Source: an uncultured bacterium
Lineage (GTDB): Bacteria > Verrucomicrobiota > Kiritimatiellia > RFP12 > UBA1067
Assembly (NCBI GenBank): GCA_902779565.1
Contig: CACZCD010000006.1
Coordinates: forward strand, 11,413-75,412
Direction: 5' to 3'
Length of the DNA: 64,000 nucleotides
The stretch's first letter is position 1; each line of letters opens with the position of its first letter. The notes under the pieces were generated by a model, which saw only the letters and a list, made by a program, of their open reading frames with translations, ran no database searches and was not told the origin of the DNA. The position numbers were made by a program, and so were the translations under genes. Positions 49,488 through 58,862 of this stretch are shown piece by piece.

Positions 49488-50594
49488 ATGAGTCCATTCA
49501 AGTACGGCTGCACGGTCAGTGATGAATTCTTCTGTCCGCGCCCTGAGCTTGAGCGTCGCCTTGCCGGGCACATCAAGTCAGGTCAGCATGTGGCGGTTGT
49601 CGGTCCGCGCCGGACTGGCAAGAGTTCGCTTGTTTTGGAGACAGCCCGCAAGGCAAAAGGATATTCGTTGTTTCACGTTGATTTCCTTGATGTACGCAGC
49701 CGTGCCGAAATGTGCAAGCGAATGGTGGCGTCCCTTTCGCGGCTTGAAGCGACGGATTCATGGTTTTCAAAGATGATGAAGATGCTTGTTCGCCTGAGGC
49801 CCACGCTTTCCATCGATCCGCGAGACGGCTCGCCTACCATCTGCATCGACACGCGGGAGGCGGCAGCCCTTGGTTCTCTTGATTGCATCCTCGATGCCCT
49901 TGTCGCGCAGACGGCACGGCGCAAGGTTTGCGTTGTCCTTGACGAATTTCAGGATATAATGGATCTTGATGACGGGGAAAATGTCCTGGCGATAATGCGT
50001 TCGCGCATTCAGCTGGATTCCCGCACCCCCTATATCTTCCTTGGTAGCGTCCGCCACAAGATGCTGGACATTTTCCTGGACTCCCGCAGTCCGTTCTACC
50101 ATGGAGCGGCGCTGTTTGATGTCGGAGACATCAAGGCGGACGACTTCTACCGTTTTCTTTGCCGTCGGTTTGCCGTTGGCAGGCGCTCCTTTCCGCGAGA
50201 GTCTTTTGATGCCATTGCCGCAGCCGTGCGCAACACGCCCGGCTACATCCAGGAAGTAAGCGATGCGCTATGGCAGTCGAGCAAAGCTGGCGACACGCTG
50301 CAGGTGTCAGACATAGCAAAGTCCCTTGATGTCATTTTTGCCCGTGAAAGTGAACACTACTCCTTTGCAATCAGGCAGCTGACTGCGCTTCAGGTACAGG
50401 TTCTTACGGCGATTTCCACGCGAGGCGGGAAGGAGATATATTCTGGCGATTTCCTGACAGCCGCAAGTGTTAAAAGTACCGCCTCGGTGAAGCGAGCGAT
50501 GTCAAGACTTATTGATGAGGGGTTGGTGTATTTCACCGATGGCGAATACCGGATCGACAATCCATTTTTCGCGGAATGGGTGAAGCGTCGATAG
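49488..50594 (+). CDS. AAA ATPase (archaeal-type ATPase_2-like) with C-terminal DUF234-like winged helix
   Basis: Walker A GPRRTGKS, Walker B VVLDEFQ; lower-GC gene. Confidence 0.7.
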   Translation: MSPFKYGCTVSDEFFCPRPELERRLAGHIKSGQHVAVVGPRRTGKSSLVLETARKAKGYSLFHVDFLDVRSRAEMCKRMVASLSRLEATDSWFSKMMKMLVRLRPTLSIDPRDGSPTICIDTREAAALGSLDCILDALVAQTARRKVCVVLDEFQDIMDLDDGENVLAIMRSRIQLDSRTPYIFLGSVRHKMLDIFLDSRSPFYHGAALFDVGDIKADDFYRFLCRRFAVGRRSFPRESFDAIAAAVRNTPGYIQEVSDALWQSSKAGDTLQVSDIAKSLDVIFARESEHYSFAIRQLTALQVQVLTAISTRGGKEIYSGDFLTAASVKSTASVKRAMSRLIDEGLVYFTDGEYRIDNPFFAEWVKRR

Positions 50595-50656
50595 GAGTTG
50601 ATTGCCCGTACTCGGTCTGCGTTCCATCCGGTGGCCGCCCCATGCACTCGACGCGC

Positions 50657-50673
50657 CGTTTTGTGGTATAATT
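50657..50673 (+). promoter_or_regulatory. promoter TTTTGTGGTATAATTGGGG
   Basis: Consensus motif. Confidence 0.45.
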
Positions 50674-50698
50674 GGGGGCAATTACGAGGAGGATTCAA

Positions 50699-51046
50699 AT
50701 GACGATAGCAGATGTAGTGAAGGTTCTGAACGGAAAACTGATGGCAGGCGATGCGGCGAGTCCGCGCGTGGTCGGTGCCGTGGTGGCGAACGACCTGATG
50801 AGCGACGTGCTGCTTTTTGATGCGGACGATGCGCTCCTGCTCACGTCGCTCGCGAGCGACCAGGCGATCCGCACGGCGCACATCGTGGGCGCGATGGGCG
50901 TGGTAGTGCACAACGCAAAGCCGCTTTCCGAAACGATGATCAAGGTCGCGAACGATCTCCATATCCCGCTCGTGTCGTCGCCGCTCTCGAAGTACGACGC
51001 GTGCGTGAAGATGCATGACGCCCTGGAGATGGAGAATAGAGCTTAG
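50699..51046 (+). CDS. DRTGG domain protein
   Basis: 115 aa; DRTGG-like pattern with conserved Asp/Gly positions. Confidence 0.55.
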   Translation: MTIADVVKVLNGKLMAGDAASPRVVGAVVANDLMSDVLLFDADDALLLTSLASDQAIRTAHIVGAMGVVVHNAKPLSETMIKVANDLHIPLVSSPLSKYDACVKMHDALEMENRA

Positions 51047-51086
51047 TGGCTAGTGGTTAGTGATTAGTGGTTAGTGGATAGTGGCT
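51044..51086 (+). repeat. six tandem heptamers TAGTGGC TAGTGGT TAGTGAT TAGTGGT TAGTGGA TAGTGGC
   Basis: Begins at the TAG stop of the DRTGG gene and ends 1 nt before the ATG of the CBS-GHKL gene. Confidence 0.85.
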
Positions 51087-52118
51087 ATGGAAAACTATAC
51101 GCCTACGATCATCACCGGCGAGCAGCAGCAGGACGACGAGATATTCGCGAAGATTCCGGCCTTCGATGCGGACGGTCAGGCGGGGCATGTGACCCTCCCG
51201 AGCGGCGACGGCTCCGTGATCATCATGGAACTGCTGCAGCGGTTCAAGGTGCGCGACGTGATGAAGCGCACCGTCATCTCGGTTTCGCGCGGCACGAAGA
51301 TGCGCGAGGCGCAGCGGATCATGCGCGAGAACCGCATCTCGGGACTTCCCGTCTCGGAGGAAGGGCGGCTGTTCGGGATCGTTTCGGTGAACGACATCAT
51401 CAACGCGCTCGACAACGGCTGGATCGATGAACCGTGCGAGAACCACATGGCGAGCAGTCTGGTGGTGTTGGAGGCCGGCATGCCGCTTGCCTATGCGCTC
51501 CGCTACTTCAACAACTACACGTACGGACGCTTCCCGGTGCTGGACTCCTCGCGCAAGCTCGTGGGGATCATTTCGCAGCGCGACGTGATGCGCGCGCTCC
51601 TCTATGAGCTTTCCGTCGAGATCCGCAAGCTGGAACGCAAGGCGGCGCGCGGCACGAACGCCGGACCGGAGCATGCCTCGGGCGAGAACTACTTCCGCAA
51701 GGAGTTCGCGGTGGTGCACAATGATCTCGGCAGCGCCGGACGCGCGGCGAACGAGATCAAGCAGATTCTGAAGGAGCGCAAGATCGACCGTTCCATCGCC
51801 CGTCGCGTGGCCGTGGCCGCCTACGAGCTTGAGATCAACATCTGCATCCATTCGCACGGCGGCATCCTTACGTTCATTTTGGCGGACGACAAGATCACGA
51901 TCCGCGCGAAGGATCGCGGTCCCGGCATTCCGGATATCGAATGGGCCTGCCGTGACGGCACCTCCACCGCGAACGACTGGATCCGGTCGATGGGCTTCGG
52001 CGCCGGCATGGGGCTTTCGAACTCCAAGCGCGTGTCGGACGAGTTCGACATCAAGTCTGAGGTCGGAAAGTTCACGCAGGTGACCTGTGTGTTCAGCCTT
52101 TCGGCGAAACAAGAATAG
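51087..52118 (+). CDS. CBS-pair plus GHKL (HATPase_c, RsbW/anti-sigma-type) protein kinase-like regulator
   Basis: Two CBS motifs; C-terminal GHKL N, G1 and G2 boxes (EL.IN, DRGPGIPD, GFGAGMG). Confidence 0.75.
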   Translation: MENYTPTIITGEQQQDDEIFAKIPAFDADGQAGHVTLPSGDGSVIIMELLQRFKVRDVMKRTVISVSRGTKMREAQRIMRENRISGLPVSEEGRLFGIVSVNDIINALDNGWIDEPCENHMASSLVVLEAGMPLAYALRYFNNYTYGRFPVLDSSRKLVGIISQRDVMRALLYELSVEIRKLERKAARGTNAGPEHASGENYFRKEFAVVHNDLGSAGRAANEIKQILKERKIDRSIARRVAVAAYELEINICIHSHGGILTFILADDKITIRAKDRGPGIPDIEWACRDGTSTANDWIRSMGFGAGMGLSNSKRVSDEFDIKSEVGKFTQVTCVFSLSAKQE

Positions 52119-52129
52119 GGAGAAAAACA

Positions 52130-54784
52130 ATGATACGAATCTACCTCGCGACGGCGGTGGCGGCGTTCGCCTTTGCCGGCCGCGCCGCGAACTTGATCCA
52201 GAACGCAGATCTTTCCCTCGACGACGGAATGGGCGGCGTGCTGGGCTGGAGCGACATGGCCAAGTCGGATTGCGGCATCGAGGCGCACAACTCCGCGCCC
52301 GGCACGATGACGATCACGTTCACGGGCCAGGAGCGTTCCTACTTCAGGCAGTCGCCGCTCGCGCTCAAATCGGGCGGACGGTTCCGCCTCAGCGCGGAGG
52401 TGCGGACGGCGGGGCTCGGCGGCGCGGCGTTCCAGCTGTTGCTCTGGGATAGCGGATGGCACCGCGATGTGCGGTCAAAAGAGTTTCCCGACGATACGAA
52501 GGGCGAATGGGTTCGCGTGTCGTGGGAAGGGAACATCATGAAGAGCGAGATCCCCGATGGGTACACGGTCGGCATCTGCGGTGACGGTGGAACCAACGGG
52601 ACGGCATGCGTGGAGGTGCGAAACTTCACGCTTGAACCGCTCGATGACGAGACGGCACGCGAGTCGCCGGGGCTTCCGGCGTCGCTCACCCGGAGGATAC
52701 CGATCCGCATCGTGCCGATCGAGCCGCTGCTGTCGCGCGTCTGTGCGAAAAGCGGTGCGTTCACCTTCTACTGGCCGGGCACCCCCGCATGCGACATCCA
52801 GTCCTGCACGCTGAAGGCGTCAGTTGACGGCGCTTCGCCGCTTGAGACGAAGCTTGGGGCGGACGGGCGCGCGCAGGTCGCGTTCGGTCGCATCCGGGTG
52901 GGCGAACACCGTCTCGCGGTGTCGGTCGTCGCGCCGGACGGGAAGACGCTCGCGGAGAACGACTACCGGTTCCAGTCCTGTCCGCCGCTGCCGAAGGGAC
53001 CCGAAGGCAAGCGACTCAACAACTTCGTGACGGAGCTTGTGAACCAGCCGCTCGAGAATGGGGAGGTGCAGTTCTTCCGCCCGACGGCGGGCTGGGTGTG
53101 GATTTCGTTTGAGGGGACGGATCGCGCCGCGCGCGGCTTCCTCGACGGCTGCGCCGTGCCGGCGGTGGAATGGCGGCTGGGCGACCGGCGCCATGAGACG
53201 ATGCGCGATGTGGCGGCGGGTTGGCACACGCTCAAGGTGACGGGCGCGACCGGCGGCAAGCTGCGCATCCATGCGGTGAAGGTCATCGCAACGACCCTCT
53301 GGCCGCTTGCGACGGGACCGTGTGACTTCTCGAAGGGACGGTACAAGTTCTCATTTGCATTCGCACGTCGCTTCCTGATGTCGATGAACACGGTCAACGG
53401 CGCGGAGGCGTTCCTGCGCGTGCGGAACAGTCCGGAGGTGGCGTACTACGCGTCGCGCGGTTTCGGATGCTTCGGCGGCGTGAACATCAAGACCTCCTCG
53501 CCGGTGTGGGTGAAGCCGGAGGAGCAGTGGCAGAAGCTGACGGAGGGGTCGTGGTCGCTTGGACACGACGTCTCCGTGGACGAAAGCCAGATCCATGCCG
53601 GGCGCCAGCAGCACCTGATCTTTGCCGAGAACGTGTGGAAGATGTACGAGCAGCGTCCGGCCCAGCGCGTGAACCTCTACTGGGGCGACGCCACGGAATA
53701 CTGGTACAGCGATCCGAAGGGACACGTGACGGAACTCATGGCGATGGCGAACACGGGCAACGGGCGGGGCGTCGTGCTGCCCGAGACGTATGCGCCGGTG
53801 CTGCGCACCGCCGAAGAGACGGATCGCTGGATCGACCTCTTCGCGCAGCAGGTGAAATCGTTGGGCGAGATCGCGCCGGGTGCGCGGGAGATGACGGTGT
53901 ACAACGTGTCGCCGTGGGTCAATCTGGGGCACTGGAGCGACTATCCGTGTCCGGAAGGGGACATCAAGGCGCACTTCGCGCGCATGATCCAGGCCTTCGC
54001 GACGCGTCCGGAGTTCGCGGCCAACAGCGGCATCGCCGCCGGGGCGTCGGGGGCGGCCGAAGAGGAACTGCGCCGCTGGCACTCGCGTCTTTTCCGCTAC
54101 TACGCGATCGAGGGCGGCACCGAGAATCTGGCGGACGTGTATGGCTTCCGCTGGGCGCCGGGGTTTGTGAAGAACTGCGACTTCGCGGAGGGGCTTGAAG
54201 GCTGGACGGCGACGCCGGCCGCAGGCGGCGAGGTGCGGCACGTGCGGCTGGACAAGTATGGAACCCGTGTGCAGGGCCGCAAGAAGGTGCCGGTGGGAAC
54301 AGGTGATGATGTCGCCGAGTTCGTGACGTCTGAGAAGGGCCCGAACCGTCTCTCGCAGAAGATCACGGGTCTGGAGCCGGGGCGGTACTACGCGCTCATG
54401 TTCTGCGCGCCGAACGCGGCGAATCTTGACAAGGCGACGGCGTCGCCCCTGCCGCTCGCGTTCTCCGCGCGGTTGGAAGGTGCCGAGGAGATTGCGGGGC
54501 TGCGCTTCCGCCACATCGTCACCACACGGCGGAAGCCGAAGGGGTCGGGTCCGAAGGAGAATGTGTATCTGGCGATCTACCGCTATGTGTTCCGTGCGAA
54601 GGCGGCCGAGGCGACGCTGACGTTCAAGGATCGCGCCGAGGACGGCTCCGCGCTTGCCGCCGGCGGTCGACAGGCGCTCAATTACATCATCTTCCGTCCG
54701 TACTATGTGGAGTCGCCCGAGGAGGTCGAGGAGCTTGTCGACATCATCGCAGGCCATGATCCGGTTTACGACGGGAAGAAATAG
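52130..54784 (+). CDS. large secreted hypothetical protein (884 aa)
   Basis: Signal peptide MIRIYLATAVAAFAFAGRAANL; no recognisable family from sequence alone. Confidence 0.6.
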   Translation: MIRIYLATAVAAFAFAGRAANLIQNADLSLDDGMGGVLGWSDMAKSDCGIEAHNSAPGTMTITFTGQERSYFRQSPLALKSGGRFRLSAEVRTAGLGGAAFQLLLWDSGWHRDVRSKEFPDDTKGEWVRVSWEGNIMKSEIPDGYTVGICGDGGTNGTACVEVRNFTLEPLDDETARESPGLPASLTRRIPIRIVPIEPLLSRVCAKSGAFTFYWPGTPACDIQSCTLKASVDGASPLETKLGADGRAQVAFGRIRVGEHRLAVSVVAPDGKTLAENDYRFQSCPPLPKGPEGKRLNNFVTELVNQPLENGEVQFFRPTAGWVWISFEGTDRAARGFLDGCAVPAVEWRLGDRRHETMRDVAAGWHTLKVTGATGGKLRIHAVKVIATTLWPLATGPCDFSKGRYKFSFAFARRFLMSMNTVNGAEAFLRVRNSPEVAYYASRGFGCFGGVNIKTSSPVWVKPEEQWQKLTEGSWSLGHDVSVDESQIHAGRQQHLIFAENVWKMYEQRPAQRVNLYWGDATEYWYSDPKGHVTELMAMANTGNGRGVVLPETYAPVLRTAEETDRWIDLFAQQVKSLGEIAPGAREMTVYNVSPWVNLGHWSDYPCPEGDIKAHFARMIQAFATRPEFAANSGIAAGASGAAEEELRRWHSRLFRYYAIEGGTENLADVYGFRWAPGFVKNCDFAEGLEGWTATPAAGGEVRHVRLDKYGTRVQGRKKVPVGTGDDVAEFVTSEKGPNRLSQKITGLEPGRYYALMFCAPNAANLDKATASPLPLAFSARLEGAEEIAGLRFRHIVTTRRKPKGSGPKENVYLAIYRYVFRAKAAEATLTFKDRAEDGSALAAGGRQALNYIIFRPYYVESPEEVEELVDIIAGHDPVYDGKK

Positions 54785-54796
54785 GGGAAGGATCCG

Positions 54797-57607
54797 ATGA
54801 AGACGCTGTGCGTGATTGACTTGATGCCGTTTCTGTACCGGGGGCACTTCGTGTTCCTCACCAAGCCGCGCATCACCTCCACAGGTCTCAACACGTCGGC
54901 GCTGATCGGTTTTGTGAACGGCGTGCTGGCGGTTCTCAAGGAGCTGTCGCCCACGCATGTGGCGCTCGCGATGGATCCAGACGGTCCGACGTTCCGCCAT
55001 AAGGCGTATCCCGACTACAAGGCCGGACGCGAGAAGATGCCCGAGGATCTTGCCGCCAACATCCCCTATTCCTTTGAGGTCGCCGAGGCGCTGAACATCC
55101 CGGTGGTGCGCGTGAGCGGCTACGAGGCGGACGATGTGATCGGCACGCTCGCGGCGCGCGCCGAGGCTGACGGGTTCGATTCAATCTATGTGGTGACGCC
55201 CGATAAGGACGCCGCCCAGCTCGTGACGCCGCGCATCAAGCTGTTCCGTCCGGGACGGGGTTCGGCACCGTTCGAGGTGTTGGGCATCGACGAGGTGAAA
55301 GAGCATTGGCACCTGACCGATCCGCGCCAGATGATCGACTACCTTGCGCTCGCGGGCGACTCCTCCGACAACATTCCGGGCATTAAGGGCATCGGCGAGA
55401 AGTCGGCGGCGAATCTGCTGGCCACATGGGGTTCGATTGAAGAGCTTCTTGCGCATGGGGATGAGATCGCGGGCAAGACCGGCGAGAAGGTGCGTGCCGG
55501 AGCAGAGGACGCGAAGATGTCGAAGTTCCTCACGACGATCCGCACCGACGTGCCGGTTGACATCGGCTGGGACGCCTGTCGCGTGACGCCGCCGGATCGG
55601 ACGAAGCTCTCGGCGGTCTGTCTCAAGTATGAGCTCTTCAGTCTTGCGAAGCGCTTCGAGATCTCCCTGTCACCGGCAAACGTGCCGGCGGAGCGGAAGG
55701 GACCGACCGGTCCCGAGGTGACGACCGCGCTGCGGACGCTCGCCGATACGCCGCACGACTACCGGCTTGTGACGACGCGGGAGGGAGCGCGGGAGCTGGC
55801 GGCGATTCTTGAGGCCGCGCCGCGCTTTGCGTTCGATACGGAGACCACCAGCACCGACGCGCGGACGGCTGAACTTGTGGGCATGAGCTTCGCGACGGAG
55901 CCGGGGCGGGCGTGGTACGTGGCCGTGCCGCATGGCAGCGACCCAGTGTCGGACGGCGATTTGTTCTCGCTTGCGCCGGCAGGGGCGTCCGGGACGGACG
56001 CGCGGGACCTCGTGCAGGTTTTTGCGAAGGCGTTTGCCGATCCGTCAAAGACGCTTATCGCGCAGAACGCCAAGTTTGACATCACTGTGCTCAAGCGCTA
56101 TGGCATTTCGTTCGGTTCGACGGTGCATGACACGATGCTCGCGCACTATGTGCTGGACGCCGCCGCGCGGCACGGCATGGACGCGATGGCCCGCGAGCGG
56201 CTGGGGTACGTGACCATTCCCATTGAGGATCTGATCGGCGCGAAGGAGCGGGGCAAGCCGCAGCGGAACATGGGCGAGCTTCCGCCGGAGGAGGTGAAGG
56301 ACTATGCCGCCGAAGATGCCGATGTCACGCTGCGGCTGGAGGATTCGCTGCGGCCCACCGTGAAGGAGGCGGGGCTGCTGCCGGTACTGGAGGAGAGCGA
56401 AGAGCCGTTGGTGGCGATTCTCGCGGAGATGGAGTCCGTGGGCGTGAAGATCGATGTCGCCGCGCTGCGCGCCTACGGCATGTCGCTGGACCGCGAGATC
56501 CAGGGATTGCTTTCGTCCATCCACGCCTGTGGCGACCCCGGTCTGAACGTGGATTCGCCCAAGCAGATCGGTGAACTGCTCTTCGACAAACTGAAGCTTG
56601 ATCCCACCGGTGTGAAGCGTACCTCGACGGGGCAGTGGGCCACCGATGAAAAGACGCTCCAGAGCATCGTGGGTCTCCATCCCGTCGTGTTCGACATCCT
56701 CGAATACCGCGCCTGCTCGAAATTGAAATCAACCTACGTGGAGAAGCTGCCGCAGTGCATCGATCTGGCGGATGGACGCGTGCATACGACCTTTGCGCAG
56801 GCGCTCACGGAGACGGGGCGTCTCTCGTCGAGCGACCCGAACCTGCAGAACATCCCGGTGCGTACCGACCGCGGCAAGAACATCCGCGCGGCGATCGTGC
56901 CACGCGACGCGAACCATCTGCTCGTTTCCGCCGACTATTCGCAGATCGAACTGCGTCTGATGGCGGCGATGAGCGGCGACGCGGCGATGAAGGACGCGTT
57001 CGCGCGTGGCGAGGACATCCACCGCGACACGGCGGCGCGTGTCTTCAGCATTCCGGCCGCCGAGGTGACACCGGAGCAGCGCTCGAAGTGCAAGATGGTG
57101 AACTTCGGCATCATCTACGGCATCTCCGCGTTCGGTCTTGCGCAGCGGCTCAAGGTCACGCGCACCGAGGCGGCGTGTCTGATAGAAACCTACTTCAAGC
57201 TCTATCCCGCCGTGCGCCAATACATGGACGAAGCAATCGCCAAGGCGCGCGCGACCGGCTACGCCGTGACGCTCACGGGACGTCGCCGCACGCTCCGCGA
57301 CATCAGTTCCCGCAACGCGACGGCACGTCAGGCGGCGGAGCGCGACGCCATCAACACGCCCGTGCAGGGCACGGCGGCGGACATGATCAAGATCGCGATG
57401 GTGCGCGTGGACCGGGCGCTGAAGAAGGCGGGGCTGAAGGCGAAGATGGTGCTGCAGATCCACGACGAACTGCTCTTCGACGTGCCGCGCGACGAGGTCG
57501 AACAGGTGAAGGAGATCGCACGGCGCGAGATGGAGTCCGCGATGGATGTCGGCGTGCCGCTCGAAGTCTCCGTGGGCGTCGGCGAGAATTGGCTTGAGGC
57601 GCATTGA
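54797..57607 (+). CDS. polA: DNA polymerase I
   Basis: 5'-3' exonuclease, 3'-5' exonuclease, and family A polymerase motifs A/B/C (DYSQIELR, RR.AK..NFG..YG, QIHDEL). Confidence 0.95.
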   Translation: MKTLCVIDLMPFLYRGHFVFLTKPRITSTGLNTSALIGFVNGVLAVLKELSPTHVALAMDPDGPTFRHKAYPDYKAGREKMPEDLAANIPYSFEVAEALNIPVVRVSGYEADDVIGTLAARAEADGFDSIYVVTPDKDAAQLVTPRIKLFRPGRGSAPFEVLGIDEVKEHWHLTDPRQMIDYLALAGDSSDNIPGIKGIGEKSAANLLATWGSIEELLAHGDEIAGKTGEKVRAGAEDAKMSKFLTTIRTDVPVDIGWDACRVTPPDRTKLSAVCLKYELFSLAKRFEISLSPANVPAERKGPTGPEVTTALRTLADTPHDYRLVTTREGARELAAILEAAPRFAFDTETTSTDARTAELVGMSFATEPGRAWYVAVPHGSDPVSDGDLFSLAPAGASGTDARDLVQVFAKAFADPSKTLIAQNAKFDITVLKRYGISFGSTVHDTMLAHYVLDAAARHGMDAMARERLGYVTIPIEDLIGAKERGKPQRNMGELPPEEVKDYAAEDADVTLRLEDSLRPTVKEAGLLPVLEESEEPLVAILAEMESVGVKIDVAALRAYGMSLDREIQGLLSSIHACGDPGLNVDSPKQIGELLFDKLKLDPTGVKRTSTGQWATDEKTLQSIVGLHPVVFDILEYRACSKLKSTYVEKLPQCIDLADGRVHTTFAQALTETGRLSSSDPNLQNIPVRTDRGKNIRAAIVPRDANHLLVSADYSQIELRLMAAMSGDAAMKDAFARGEDIHRDTAARVFSIPAAEVTPEQRSKCKMVNFGIIYGISAFGLAQRLKVTRTEAACLIETYFKLYPAVRQYMDEAIAKARATGYAVTLTGRRRTLRDISSRNATARQAAERDAINTPVQGTAADMIKIAMVRVDRALKKAGLKAKMVLQIHDELLFDVPRDEVEQVKEIARREMESAMDVGVPLEVSVGVGENWLEAH

Positions 57608-57662
57608 TCTCTCCCGATCCCTCTGCGCCTCTGCGTCTCTGCGGGAGATAAAACAACCACCT

Positions 57663-58493
57663 ATGCTAACGACTATGGATGATATCCTTGAGCGGCTCGA
57701 GAATACCCTTGCGGAACTGCTTGCCGAGACGCGCCCGGCGACGCTCTTCAAGGCGATGCGCCATGCCGTTCTGGGTGGCGGCAAGCGGATCCGCCCGCAG
57801 CTCTGCCTCGCGTCGGCGGCCGTGGTGGGCGGACGCGCAGAGGATGCGCTCTATCCCGCCTGCGCCATCGAGCTTCTGCACAGCTACACGCTGGTCCATG
57901 ACGATCTGCCGGCGATGGACAACGACACAACGCGTCGCGGGAAACCCAGCGTGTGGGCGGCATTTGGCGAAGCAACAGCGATCCTCGCGGGCGATGCGCT
58001 TCAGGCGTTGGCGTTCCAGACGGCGGCGCGTGCCCCGCGCAACGGTGAGAAGATTCTGGCGGCGCTCAGCGAAGCCGCTGTCGGCGTGGTGTGCGGCCAA
58101 TCCGAAGAACTCTCCGCCCCCAGCTCACAACCCTCAACTCACAACCCTTCAACCTTTCAACCTTTCAACCTTTCAACCTTTCCACCAGACACCGACTTCA
58201 TCTATCGTCACAAGACAGCCGATCTGTTTATCGCGGCTGCGGTGATGGGCGCGTATGCCGGTGGCGGCACGGAGACTGATGTGGCACGTCTGCGTGAATA
58301 CGCACTCAATCTCGGGTTGGCGTTTCAGTATGAGGACGATCTTTTAGATGGTGATGTGGGCTTCCCCCCAGAAGAGGCCAAGCGCCGCATCGCCGACCAT
58401 ACAGCGGCCGCCCTGGCGTCGTTGGACGGTCTTCCGGGCGACACCGCATTCCTATCCGCGCTCGCGCACCGCCTTGCGCGGCGCACCGCCTGA
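57663..58493 (+). CDS. ispA: (2E,6E)-farnesyl/geranylgeranyl diphosphate synthase with an in-frame low-complexity insertion
   Basis: First DDxxD motif LVHDDLPAMDND and second-motif region; about 14 extra aa between GQ and KT, encoded by a CAACCYT repeat. Confidence 0.85.
   Translation: MLTTMDDILERLENTLAELLAETRPATLFKAMRHAVLGGGKRIRPQLCLASAAVVGGRAEDALYPACAIELLHSYTLVHDDLPAMDNDTTRRGKPSVWAAFGEATAILAGDALQALAFQTAARAPRNGEKILAALSEAAVGVVCGQSEELSAPSSQPSTHNPSTFQPFNLSTFPPDTDFIYRHKTADLFIAAAVMGAYAGGGTETDVARLREYALNLGLAFQYEDDLLDGDVGFPPEEAKRRIADHTAAALASLDGLPGDTAFLSALAHRLARRTA
58122..58178 (+). repeat. C/A-rich tandem repeat (CAACCYT)n, in-frame in ispA
   Basis: CTCACAACCCTCAACTCACAACCCTTCAACCTTTCAACCTTTCAACCTTTCC. 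Confidence 0.8.
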
Positions 58494-58548
58494 TTCCTCT
58501 CGCTGCGGTGCTTCGGAAGGATGCACTTTCGGGGACCCCACCCTTCAA

Positions 58549-58640
58549 GGCGGCATTCGTCGGTGCGCCTCCACAGTGGGGATTCGCTCGGCACGGGCGC
58601 GGCCTGCGCCGCGTCCGTGGCGGCTCATGCGCACCGAATG
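58549..58640 (-). repeat. 95-bp structured dispersed repeat, copy B (inverted relative to copy A)
   Basis: Reverse complement matches 4487-4583 with a few substitutions. Confidence 0.8.
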
Positions 58641-58837
58641 ATATGTAAAGCCGGGAGCGGAGGCGGCTTGCCTGTTTTGAGGGACGCCCGGAATGAGCCA
58701 CGCCAAACGGTGCGTTGACAAGGGCGTGGCGAATGAAGGGTGGGATCCCCAAAACAGGCAACCGCGCAGCGAGCGGCTCCCCGCCTGCCGTTCCGTGACG
58801 TAGTGCAACTTGAGAGGTGACGGCATGGAATCGGCTG

Positions 58838-58858
58838 CGTTTTGTATGATATAATACC
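58838..58858 (+). promoter_or_regulatory. promoter TTGTATGATATAATACCCC, 7 nt before the ATG at 58863
   Basis: Consensus-like. Confidence 0.4.
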
Positions 58859-58862
58859 CCGC

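Noticed and set aside
50672-52118. DRTGG plus CBS-GHKL as a partner-switching (RsbW-type) module with an anti-sigma antagonist
   Set aside because: There is no STAS/anti-sigma-antagonist or sigma factor gene nearby, so the kinase-like protein is left as a generic regulator.
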